A stretch of 64,000 bases of DNA from Octopus bimaculoides (taxonomy: Eukaryota), in the NCBI RefSeq assembly GCF_001194135.2, contig NC_068984.1, forward strand, positions 24,926,999 to 24,990,998. The letters are read 5' to 3'. Positions 55,201-64,000 of this stretch are shown piece by piece. Positions within the stretch are counted from its first letter, which is position 1; each line of letters starts with the position of its first letter. The position numbers were made by a program, and so were the translations under genes. The notes under the pieces were generated by a model that was not told the DNA's origin, did not search any database, and saw only the letters and a list, made by a program, of their open reading frames with translations.

Positions 55201-56227
55201 GAATTTAGAAACTTCATTAACATTATATCTTAAACTTTGAAACATTTGCTTTTGTAAAATGTGTATTTAAACTATCTCTATTCATTCTTTAGTGTCAAAA
55301 TAAATAAAATTTATTCAGTACATTCAAATTGGCATTAGAAAGGGCTTCTAGCAATAGAAACCATGTCAAAAACATGTGAGACATACTCCACTGCCCATGT
55401 TGAGGAAGAGTAACTCAATAAGAACTGATTCAGGCAATGATAACTGGAAAGCAAGTGTAAAATACTGATGAGAGGTCACATTTGAATGCACCATTTGGAT
55501 TGCAGGAAACCAAGACAATACATACTCTGTAGGTCTGCTTTAAAGGATATACTTTATATTAGTAAAAGAGTGTTTAAAGACCTTATTTTTCATAGTAATG
55601 CATAACACTAAAGCAGGTTTGTAATCTCTCAAATTTTATACATTTTGGAAAGATACATCTATGCTGTAAATGACATCTTGTCTGAAAACAAATTCTCTCT
55701 TTCCTACCTCTACTGTAATAGTTCAATATCAGATTGATCTTTAAAGCAGGAAACTGATATTTTTTTACTACTCAGATACAAAGTTATTTAACCTTTTCAG
55801 TATCATATTACGATTGGAATATATTGTGTGTATCCATAAATTCTAATATTTAAAAATTGGGAAATAATTAGTAAAATAATGATTCAATGATAATTAAGCT
55901 GGTGTCTGAAATTCAACAAACTATTCTTACATAAAGTGACAATGGGAGATTTAAGTCTAAATACAAACACTTTAAAATGAAAGATTTTGTTTCTTAGAAC
56001 CAGAGATGGTTTCAGTTAGATTAACTTCAAGAACCAGATTTTAGATAATATTTACTGTCACAATTAGTTACAATGTTTACAGGCATGGCTGTGTGGTAAG
56101 GGGTTTGTTTTCAAACCACAGGGTATCATGTTCAGTTCCTCTGCATGGCACCTTGGGCAAGTGGATTTTACAATAGCCCTGAGTTGACTAAAGCCTTGCG
56201 AGTGCTAGATGGAGACTGAAAGAAGCC

Positions 56228-56267
<40 letters not shown>

Positions 56268-56317
56268 ATATATATATATACACACACACATACACACACT
56301 CTTGACATGTATGTATG

Positions 56318-56350
<33 letters not shown>

Positions 56351-59300
56351 GTGGGTCTTTGTGTGTCCCCCTACCCCTTGATAATTGGTGTTGGTTGTTT
56401 ACATCCCTGTAACTTAGTGGTTCAGCAAAAGAGACCAATAGAATTTAGTACCAAACTTTAAAATAAGTACTGGAGTCAATTTGTTTAACTAAACCCTTCA
56501 AAGTGGTGCCCCAGCATGGCGACAGTCTAATGATTGAAACAAGTAAAAGATAAAAGATAGATATTAACTTTAATAATGAGATTATAGTTAAAATATTATC
56601 TAAATAACATCTATAAATTTTCTGATCAATGAAACCACTTATTTTGAAAAATTGGAGTAAGAATAAAGTTGAAGTTAAAAAAGAAAGTACTGTTTGCAGA
56701 TATGCATCAACAACATGCAGAAGTTAACCATTTCAAAAGACCAAAATGAAAATACAATAACAGATACATTTTTAACAAACCTTTCAAAGTCATGCTTTGT
56801 TACAGATCAGCACATCAGGAATTAATAAACCATTTAGACATGCATTTAACCATTCCTCATGCCATACAACCAAAGCATATTTCACTCAAGTTTTGTTTTG
56901 CTAACAAATCCTAGTTCCTTTATCAATTGGAGTTATTTTTATGGCACCAGTTTCCTTAAAATGTTTGATTCCACCTCTATAACATCCTTACTATTTTTTT
57001 TTATATATTTAAAAGTACTTTTAATTTTAATAGTGGAGAATCACAATAAAATTTAATGATATCTTAACCAACAAAGAAAATATCAGAAAAAATTAAACTA
57101 AGAAAAACATTGAGAGCAAATGATATTCACACCAACCTAAATAAATACAAACCAAGTAGACTATTGTCTATTCACTAAAAATTATAACATGATCATCTAA
57201 ACCGTTATCCCTCTACACTCATTTCTTAAACACACGGCTCAGTAACTGTACAAGTGTTTACATACAGATAATTGAGAAATGATGTATTTGAGAGAAACAT
57301 TAAATCATATGCTCACAAAGTCTCACAAACTATTCACAGGAGCTGGCTACAGACAAAAATTGAGCAACCTTCTCTAACTGCCTGGTCAACAAATGTTTTA
57401 GTAATTTGATGACAGAAACTGGAAGGAAATCAGAAGTGAAACAATAATGAAAGAAATTAAATAAAAATCAAAACTAAAATGTTACACAAAGGCAAAAATC
57501 TAAGCAAAAGAAGTGAGAGATCTGATAGGATTTTCTTATTTTTAAGCCTGGTTTCATAATACCAACTGAACAACAAAATTGTGATAAAACTTCAAATATT
57601 CCTAAAATTGTAGATGTTTCAACTTAATCTATTCAACTATTATTTGTCACGAGTTCCTCAATAGCAATTAAATCTTGTCTACTTTAACGTCACACCACAA
57701 ACCTTTGTAGCTATGGAAATAGTGTTCCAAACATTTTCATAAAGTAACCTTGAAATTATTTTATTAAATAAATGCAAAATATTTGAATAACAGTCAACTA
57801 TGGTTATAAATAACATAAAAAATAATTAACAAGTAGACACATTATAGAACTAATGTGAAAGACCATTTTGAAAATATACATCATTGTAACTGCCTTTACC
57901 TTGTTATATACAAACTAAAGACAATAAAAAAAAAATAGTAATGTAATCTTCAATATCTTTGCAAAAAAGGATTCTAAACAAAACACAAATGTTCTAGATA
58001 ATCTCAACATGAAATTTCAGTGAAAAATTAAAATATAAACCATACTGTTTACAGGCATATTTCTGCCATTTCTTAATTATCAACAGAGAGAACTTTCTTT
58101 GAATGGTGTTGACACTATTAACAAATCTTAGATTATCACACATCTCATAAACAAATAGAAAACCCTTCAGTTTAACCACTCAAAATGTTATTTTCTAACA
58201 GGCTCCATTTTCTGTACTTTTGAATGACATCATTCTTAGATTATTAAAGAAAACAAGAGCTGCACAAAACAAAAAAAAAAAAAAGAAAATCATCACCATT
58301 AAAAATCATCTATTTGGAAAAATAAATTACAAAACTTATTTGATACTATAATTTAATGTCCTAAACGATGCTAAAGATAAAAGATACAATTTTAAATTCC
58401 TTTTCATATCTGTGTTATAATGAAGAAAGTTTCCCTGGTCCTAAAGAAACATATCTACATTATAATAATTATTATTATTATTTACCTTTTGGTGCATCAA
58501 CTGAAATAACAACATTAATCTTTAAAACAGATATAAAAAATCTCATTCCTGTTAGGAGTCGTAGGTGGGGAACATTTCCTTGGAAGAAGAAAAAAGTGAC
58601 ACAGCAAACAAGTGAAGAAATAAAAACAAAATATACACAAGTCTCCTAACGATATTTTTGCTGTCAGAAATTTCTCTAGAAAACCGTTACATTCAGGAGT
58701 TTTACTTAAAAGTTTAATTTAAAACAAATATAAATTTCAAAATGCATATCAAAACATTATAGAAGGAAAAAGAAAGTAGCTACTAAAATTTCATAAGCTT
58801 AGGAAAACAAAAATATGAATATATTTATCATTAATTTATTACACAGGTACAAGTGTACCTAAATATAATAGAGTAAAGAAATGTAATGGTATAAAGATAA
58901 TGCCTTTTATGAAAGTAATACTAGCATAACTGAAGTCAAATGACCTGCTAGAAATCAAAGACAGGTTATAGGCAGGTTTCACTATGAACTTATCTATCCT
59001 TTATGCCATTTGCTGTTAGAAATCCTTCTGAAAACTTTGTCAATTAGCAGAATATGTAAAGCATTGGGCAAAATGCCTTACAATATTTATTTGCTTTTTC
59101 TGGGGTCAACTTTGCCTTTTATCCTTTTGGGTTGATAAAATAAGTACCATTTGAACACTGGTGTTGGTTTAATAGACTTAGCCCCTCCCACAAACCTGCT
59201 ACTTTGTGCCAAAATTTGAAACCAATATCTATTTGCCTCACTTTACATTCAGTATTTAAATCCTGCCAAAGTCAACTGTGTCCTTCCCCACCTGAGATTG

Positions 59301-62300
59301 CTAAGTACTGGATAAATAAGCACCAGAGTCAACTGGATACCTGGTCCCCACCCCAACAACTATGTGGTATTGTGTTTATGTTAGAAAATTATTTGAAATC
59401 TTAAATGCAAATATATAATTAGGGAAATCTTTCAAAGTGTCATCGAAATTATAAACTACTGCATATGCTTTTATTACAAATGTATTTATATTGAATTGGT
59501 CAACCAGAATAGTAACAAAAATGTCTTACTCTTGCTGATTCTGAGATTATCTATGATTGGCTTAGCCTTCACTCAAAAATGGATATGACTTGATAGAAAA
59601 TATAGACCTCTCCTCTTTGCCCTCCAACTCTTAACCCAGTAGAACATTGAGGTTATGATAACTAAGGAGAGAGCTGCACTAGTAATCAACTGATACTCAT
59701 TTTCAGCTGAGCAATGAAATACCTTACACAAGAATACAACACTCCGCTCAGTCTAGGAACTGAACTCACAACTTTATGATCATGAAGCCAACACAATTAT
59801 CACAAGCCACTTACCTTTACTTGCCTATGATTTGTACTTTGATTTACTACAACTTCTGAATTTAATGGATTCATCCCTTGAATTCATTAAAAGAGGTAAG
59901 TTGGCAGAGTTGTTATGAGGGAGGATGATTTATAGGTAAAAAATTAGAATGTTGACTGTACAAACGTTTGTGAAAGAAATAATAAAGTTTAAGTTTATCC
60001 CCTTTAAGAGTTAATTGCCTCTGACAAGACATCATAATTCTGGAGAAAAACTTTGAAACATTGGCCCTCAACTAACAGTGATAATAGTTTTTTTTTCCTA
60101 GCTATGCATAATCCTCTCTATAAAAAAGTGCATAAAGAAAAATATCCATAGAAATCTCCTATTAGAGTTGAATTTCATAGACTATACACCTATAAGATAT
60201 GATTTTTAGCAGTAACACAAGGTCATAGATTTTTAAGAGAGGGTACAGTTGATACAAATTGTTAATTATCTTGGAAGGAACTGAACTCACAACCAACAGT
60301 GTACTGCAAGCTGTGAGTGTCCAGGGCAAGGCAAGCACTGCAAGGAGGGCATACTATTTTTGTTATTATTACTTCATATATATATATTTTAGTTCTGTTA
60401 ATTTTGTGCTCTTAAGAATGTTTTCCTCAAGACAACCACCCCTATGGCCTCACCCATGCTATGCAACAGTTCAGAATATAAAAGGATGTAACTAAATACC
60501 ACTAAACATTTAGTCAAACTGCTTGACTGTTTCTTTCACTACATTTCCTTTCCAACTAGAAATAAGTCATTTGAATAAGAAAATAAACTCAAATGAATTC
60601 ACATTTATGATAACTAAACCAGAAGGAAGTGTTTTAATAATAGTAAAAAAATTTTGAATAATTAAAAGACATCCGTTTCAGTTGCTTTTAGCTTTCTAAA
60701 TGAAATTTCTGACATAAGAACACAGCTTACCTTTTGCTTCTGGTGCTGTTGTAGTTGAACATAGAAAAAGACATTAGCTTTAGTCTTATTATCAGACATA
60801 GCATAAATAAAACAAGAGGGAGGAGCAGAGCATACAAAAATTACCTGTCTGTATACAATAAAGTAAAACTATTTTTATTTATTATTATTTTATAATAATT
60901 ATTGATTTTATACTATTATTATTATTATTTTGCACATTTCATTGATGAGTTTGCATTAGGATAATGAATAATCTTAAAATTATGACTTTAAAGGATAATA
61001 TGACAGGAAGATAAAGTTGGTGATGATTTGATGAGTAGAAAATGTTGCAGGTATAATTAGCAGTGAATAGTGTGACTGTATTTGTAAGAGTCAGCCAAGT
61101 TTGATAAAACTTTTTTTGACTAGAATTCCTTAGTGCATTTGGGAAGGAAAAAAAGAGTCAGTGGGTTGTGCAATTCACAAGAGCAATTTTTATTCTCCTG
61201 ATGGCCATCTTGCACAAGATTCATTTGCTGAAAATTCTCTTCGTTGTTGTATAGTAAAAGAAGATAAAAAAGAACACATTGCATGATGTGATTCTGGAAA
61301 GGCACATCATGCCTTAAGAAAAGAAAAAAAAAATAGGAGGTTCATGGCAGGAATGTCAGTCAAAAAAATGAAAAATCAACACAGAAATCCTCCTAATTAG
61401 TAACAGTGGGGTTTTCCTCCAAGTATTTACCAGTAGAGTAGCTGCACAGCTTGCTGTGAAACACTTGATGATTTCCAGATAATAGATTTTAGTGACAGCA
61501 ACAGTGGTGTACATGTGTAGTCAGCTGGTGTTGTAAAGTGGGATTGTGTTGATAAGAGGAGATGAGATTAGATGATCAGATGAGCTTTGGGTGTGTAATA
61601 GTGTGACATCTGTATAGAGACTGGATTTGGAAGTGTTCAAGAATGTTTGGGGAATCTATGAGTCAGAAACATCACAAGGGGTAAAAGATTAAGCCCAAGT
61701 AATTCAGCATGGTAACTATTTCAGCTTCAACAGCATCTGGTACCCAAAGCATCACTTTATAAATACACTCATTTCTCTGGTAGGCAGCTGGTGTCATTTA
61801 GATTATTTTAAATTTAGTTGTAAATAAATGCAAATATAAAAATCAGCTATTTATTTATATTTTGTTTCACATTGCTACTGTACTTATCTTTAAAGCATTA
61901 AACTGCCATCAATTAGCTATCGAAGATTTTAACTATGTAGGTGTTTTTGGTATGTTATACAAATGAGACAGAAAACAGAAGTTCACATTGAATGTTCCTA
62001 CTATTACCACACAATTATATATAAGAAATATATATATTACCACACAATTATATATAAAAAAGAATTTCTTTAAAAAATACGAAGTAGATTGTTTATTGAA
62101 GTATAACAAAACCAGAGTGGAGGAATATTGATACACTGTTACATTTTGACACTAGTAGTTTAATACAGTGCAAACCAGCTCTGAAATCATAAGATATGAT
62201 ATAAGCATTTGTCAGTGAATGTTTAAAATGAAAAAGAGTTGTTTTTGTTTCTTATTTTTTGTCATAAGTGAATATTTAGATTAAAAATATCAAGATGGCG

Positions 62301-63770
62301 AGATGGTGTGAGGGCGGTTGCAATGGCATTGAGGTAGATCTGGCCACTCCTGTTAATGGGGACAAAACCCGGATTTAAAACACTGGATGATGATGAACAA
62401 AGACAATCAAATATGATAAATTAAATATAAAAATATCCTTAAAAAAATCTATTAAATTTCACTTGCTGTAAGATAAAATGTAATACATTGGAAATATTTG
62501 AAACTTCTATAAATATTATCAGTCTGAAAAAAAAAAAATGGGAAAACAGAAAAATATTAATGCTGATGACTGGGCACAAGGTCAATTTAGATAGATAAGG
62601 AAGGCAGTGTAGTTAACCGAATTAACCCTAATATATTACTGATACATATTTTATGTGCACAAAGTAATAATAGCACCCAATAGGTAAAACCAAATTATAT
62701 TCACTAAAACAGCCAGTTTATTATTTTACTGTTTTAGCTACCCTCATCAACCTATTTTAAATATTGATTTCTTATGGAAAGGGCCACAAATTCTTATGTA
62801 CTTGATAGTTATGTCTTTCTCAAAGATATTAAGAACAAGGCTAAAAAGAAATTCTTTTAAAAGGGAGTCGAAGCCACGATTAACTGTATTCTACATTGAG
62901 CAGCTTAATTTAAGCAAGTAATGGGCTAATTTAGATGCTTTAACCCTTTAGCATTCAGATTACTCTGTTAAATGAAATGCTTATTTATCCAGTCTTGAAT
63001 TAGTTGCGCATCATCTCATATTTTGGAATTTCAATGATGTGACCCTTTATTTTTCTGATATTGTGGATAAGGTGTGAGAGGCTAGACCTGGCTGATTTTA
63101 ATATATACAAAATATTTGAGTCAGATATGATCAGTTTAAATACTAAAGGGCTTAAAGTTTCTAATTTAGAACCTTCAAGAATATCAGATTATATCAGTGA
63201 ATATTTTAGTTTGTCATTCCATTAGAACCGATATTGATTTAAATTACTATGCCTGATTCCATTCAAGATGTATTGACTTTGTGCCTCATTTAAGAAAATA
63301 ATACACATGCACACACATACACTCATATTAAATAAAATCTTACCCATTGCTATTTCGTAGATTCCTGTGGATTTATCCTCCATACAGCACTTCCGGTCAA
63401 CCAAATAGGCAATAAGGATGAGAAGTGGGAAAAAGAGGAAAGTCACAACGGCTTCCCACAGTTCCACTACATTCGGACTACTGACTAGTAAAACAATGGC
63501 AAGCCACATGTAAGAAAAGAGGCAAAAGAATGAGGTGATACCAAACACACGCATACTTTTGATGCGTCGGAATTCACCTGCTGGAATTGTCATGATACAG
63601 ATACCAGATATGACGAATAAATTGAAAGCAGCTGAACCAACAATGGTTGATGGTCCAAGAGCACCAGCACAGAAGCCGTTACCCAGAATCTCAATAACAG
63701 ACAGTAGGATTTCTGGAGCACTTGTACCAAGAGCCAACAGACTGAGGTTGGCAACAGTGTCATTCCATAC
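7624..63770 (-). CDS. SLC8A: Na+/Ca2+ exchanger (SLC8/NCX family), spliced gene span, 5'-partial
   Basis: Ten GT-AG core exons with matching phases total 2187 nt (728 aa plus stop). They contain alpha-1 ([14 protein letters not shown]), two Calx-beta domains and alpha-2 ([22 protein letters not shown]). The specific paralog is not assignable by eye. Confidence 0.97.
8359..8527 (-). mobile_element. RTE family 1 tail, diverged
   Basis: Reverse copy of the same 3' UTR core. Confidence 0.7.
8931..9311 (-). mobile_element. RTE family 1 3' end with ORF2 remnant
   Basis: Contains LGLTEAMTK-like coding sequence and the 3' UTR. Confidence 0.75.
10411..10740 (-). CDS. SLC8A: NCX core exon I: alpha-2 repeat
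   Basis: gatttttcag|GCTTTG...ACAAAG|gtaaga, encoding ALFACVPPP...[13 protein letters not shown]...[15 protein letters not shown]. 330 nt, phase 0-0. Confidence 0.97.
11664..11842 (-). CDS. SLC8A: NCX core exon H
   Basis: atctttacag|AATTC...TGGAAG|gtaaga, encoding [10 protein letters not shown]...[10 protein letters not shown]...[12 protein letters not shown]. 179 nt, phase 1 to 0. Confidence 0.95.
12060..12890 (+). mobile_element. Tandem cluster of tRNA-headed SINE family B
   Basis: Repeated gagctggcagaatcgttagc...gagttcaaattc...ttcatcctttcggggtc..taagtaccag units at ~12163-12397 and ~12406-12625, with partial copies either side. Also at ~22260-22460, 22880-23165(-), 34295-34680 and 59030-59230. 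Confidence 0.8.
13200..13305 (-). CDS. SLC8A: NCX core exon G (CBD2, second part)
   Basis: ctattttcag|ACAGCC...GAAG|gtaagc, encoding [35 protein letters not shown]. 106 nt, phase 0 to 1. Confidence 0.93.
13569..14350 (-). mobile_element. SINE family A copy split by a Penelope-like insertion
   Basis: 3' half at 13569-13775 and head at 14180-14350. The ~330 nt between them contain a hammerhead motif. Confidence 0.75.
13824..13872 (+). ncRNA. Minimal type I hammerhead ribozyme motif (U4C core variant)
   Basis: GTCT-CCGATGA-AGGGA(12-nt loop)TCCCT-GAAA-C-agct-GTA-AGAC. Stems I and II pair perfectly and stem III is palindromic (ACAGCTGT). Confidence 0.7.
14429..14722 (-). mobile_element. RTE family 1 tail, young
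   Basis: Near-identical in reverse to 26010-26276 (about 5 mismatches in the last ~190 nt, by eye). Confidence 0.9.
14914..15146 (-). CDS. SLC8A: NCX core exon F (CBD2, first part)
   Basis: catttcag|AACCTGG...ACTAAG|gtaaat, encoding [18 protein letters not shown]...RSNGADG...GELTFENGE...IYDTK. 233 nt, phase 1 to 0. Confidence 0.95.
16071..16532. mobile_element. Foldback element: tRNA-like centre, (AAT)n, Penelope-like ends with hammerhead motifs
   Basis: Arms ~16071-16255 and ~16272-16471 are reverse complements. Each arm carries gacac-CTGAT(G/A)A...(G/A)AAAC-gtgt. Confidence 0.8.
16640..17098 (+). mobile_element. Old RTE family 1 3' end
   Basis: GRGRPRK...[12 protein letters not shown] remnant followed by the shared tail. 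Confidence 0.7.
17874..18106 (-). CDS. SLC8A: NCX core exon E (CBD1)
   Basis: ctatttag|AGTTGAA...GACG|gtaggt, encoding [14 protein letters not shown]...[13 protein letters not shown]...VTIINDD. 233 nt, phase 2 to 1. Confidence 0.95.
18940..19311 (+). mobile_element. RTE LINE ORF2 fragment (linker before the RT domain)
   Basis: [10 protein letters not shown]...[10 protein letters not shown]...[17 protein letters not shown]...[19 protein letters not shown]. Confidence 0.85.
19338..19945 (-). mobile_element. RTE family 1 3' end with expanded internal tandem units
   Basis: Shared tail plus several ~55-nt gcacc/ggcact units. Confidence 0.8.
20678..20871 (-). CDS. SLC8A: NCX core exon D (start of CBD1)
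   Basis: tgtttttgacag|CTGCAT...GTAAG|gtaagt, encoding [13 protein letters not shown]...[34 protein letters not shown]. 194 nt, phase 0 to 2. Confidence 0.93.
24209..24428. mobile_element. piggyBac-like MITE
   Basis: TTAA|ccctttag ... ctaaaggg|TTAA. Second copy at 62944-63150. Confidence 0.75.
25787..26276 (+). mobile_element. 5'-truncated young RTE LINE (family 1)
   Basis: Intact ORF2 end [35 protein letters not shown], duplicated UTR units and a (GAT)n tail. Confidence 0.92.
26766..26780 (-). CDS. SLC8A: NCX candidate microexon m5 (15 nt, L-D-N-P-Q)
   Basis: atttcctttttgcataacag|TTGGATAATCCACAG|gtaagc. TGC at -10, phase 0-0, no stop. Confidence 0.72.
27062..27264. mobile_element. TTAA-flanked MITE, second family
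   Basis: TTAA|cccatttgttactatatttctgttg. An inverted copy lies at 28082-28291 and a related one at ~45987-46140. Confidence 0.65.
28082..28291. mobile_element. TTAA-flanked MITE, inverted relative to 27062-27264
   Basis: Ends caacagaaatatagtaacaaaaggg|TTAA. Confidence 0.65.
30203..31005. mobile_element. Head-to-head pair of family A SINEs
   Basis: Minus copy ~30203-30590 and plus copy ~30645-31005, separated by (TA)n. Confidence 0.8.
31150..31400 (+). mobile_element. RTE family 1 tail, diverged
   Basis: agaagactcatcaagccaag... through the gatgaggatgat tail. Confidence 0.7.
32741..32952 (-). mobile_element. RTE family 1 tail nested in a family A SINE
   Basis: SINE sequence runs ~32685-32740 and resumes ~32955-33230. 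Confidence 0.8.
37950..38840. repeat. (TA)n-derived minisatellite spanning an assembly gap
   Basis: ~24-nt cttatataaatatatatatatata units. N-run at 38084-38589. Other gaps at 9351-9728, 14107-14178 and 35896-36052 also abut microsatellites. Confidence 0.9.
39807..40670 (+). mobile_element. Internally deleted mariner (Tc1/mariner) transposon
   Basis: TIRs gtgtagtcaaaaagtatc / gatactttttgactacac in TA context. N-terminal [21 protein letters not shown] is fused to the C-terminal LHHDKAPTH...[17 protein letters not shown]...[12 protein letters not shown]. Confidence 0.9.
41049..41072 (-). CDS. SLC8A: NCX candidate microexon m4 (24 nt, I-R-D-D-L-S-A-K)
   Basis: ttttcttatcttttattaaatgcag|ATTCGGGATGATCTTTCAGCCAAG|gtaagc. 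Phase 0-0, no stop. Confidence 0.7.
41860..42170 (+). mobile_element. Diverged tRNA-headed SINE (further family)
   Basis: B-box-like gagttcaattccc and gcccttgagcaa. The 3' part is shared with ~6330-6440. Confidence 0.55.
45332..45499 (-). CDS. SLC8A: NCX core exon C (helical region before CBD1)
   Basis: ttttatag|GAC...GAG|gtaacc, encoding [56 protein letters not shown], homologous to the NCX motif SRAFYRIQATR. 168 nt, phase 0-0. Confidence 0.92.
47660..48140 (-). mobile_element. Old RTE family 1 3' end with ORF2 remnant
   Basis: [39 protein letters not shown] followed by the tail. Confidence 0.8.
48413..48486 (-). CDS. SLC8A: NCX core exon B (loop N-terminus)
   Basis: ttttattttag|GAACAAAG...GCCAGA|gtaggt, encoding (G)[24 protein letters not shown]. 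74 nt, which supplies the required phase 1 to 0 change between exons A and C. Confidence 0.85.
53031..53048 (-). CDS. SLC8A: NCX candidate microexon m3 (18 nt, D-K-Q-L-G-K)
   Basis: tttttttctctataaattctgttgcttcag|ATAAACAGCTTGGCAAAG|gtaagc. Long pyrimidine tract, TGC at -8, phase 1-1, no stop. Confidence 0.75.
56080..56555 (+). mobile_element. Full-length family A SINE
   Basis: Head, central microsatellite and aaacaagtaaaagataaaaga tail. Confidence 0.8.
58486..58500 (-). CDS. SLC8A: NCX candidate microexon m2 (15 nt, V-D-A-P-K)
   Basis: atgttgttatttcag|TTGATGCACCAAAAG|gtaaat. Phase 1-1, no stop. Confidence 0.6.
60731..60745 (-). CDS. SLC8A: NCX candidate microexon m1 (15 nt, A-P-E-A-K; a 9-nt variant E-A-K is possible from an internal AG)
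   Basis: ctttttctatgttcaactacaacag|CACCAGAAGCAAAAG|gtaagc. Phase 1-1, no stop. Confidence 0.65.
62944..63150. mobile_element. piggyBac-like MITE (same family as 24209-24428)
   Basis: TTAA|ccctttagcattcagatt ... ctaaaggg. Confidence 0.75.
63344..63770 (-). CDS. SLC8A: NCX core exon A: alpha-1 repeat, TM2-TM5
   Basis: tttcatttag|GTA TGG AAT GAC..., [23 protein letters not shown]...[18 protein letters not shown], ends G|gtaaga. 427 nt, phase 0 to 1. Confidence 0.96.
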
Positions 63771-64000
63771 CTAAATGAAAATAAATAAATAAATTTCAGT
63801 TTCTATTGTTAAAAGGGTAAATGAAAGGTTATTGAGTCACAGGGCTAGAAACATTGATAGTAATGCGATAGAAGATTGAGATTACTTTTCTGTGTTATAT
63901 ATTTTAAAATTGTTTATACAAATATTTCCTGTTGATCCCTGACAACAATCGAATTAAGACCCTGCTCTCTGAACTCAACAATTCTAAACCTACCCCCACC

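Noticed and set aside
58368-58649. 93-aa plus-strand ORF overlapping microexon m2
   Set aside because: Low-complexity, no homology recognised; probably chance.
60845-60848. 4-nt segment ag|ACAG|gtaatt
   Set aside because: Frameshifting and leads to stops in downstream cassettes.

Overview
AT-rich, microsatellite-dense eukaryotic DNA with 4 N-gaps. The repeat families look cephalopod (Octopus-like); this is my inference. There are two convergent genes. (1) Plus strand: the last two coding exons of NR2C2AP (3637-3816, 4767-4895), joined by a U12-type AT-AC intron. The ORF track misses them. (2) Minus strand: a Na+/Ca2+ exchanger (SLC8/NCX family) whose 5' end lies beyond base 64000. Ten core exons splice in frame to 728 aa plus stop. 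Its only two long introns (14.9 kb and 24.5 kb) hold five frame-preserving microexon candidates of 15-24 nt in the cytosolic regulatory loop, plus one possible poison microexon. The rest is mobile-element debris: RTE LINE fragments and tails, tRNA-headed SINEs, a deleted mariner, and hAT- and piggyBac-like MITEs. Two Penelope-type sequences carry hammerhead ribozyme motifs, one of them in a ~400-bp foldback with a tRNA-like head. Exon coordinates were read by hand from splice sites and phase. Repeat boundaries are approximate. No alignments or database searches were run.
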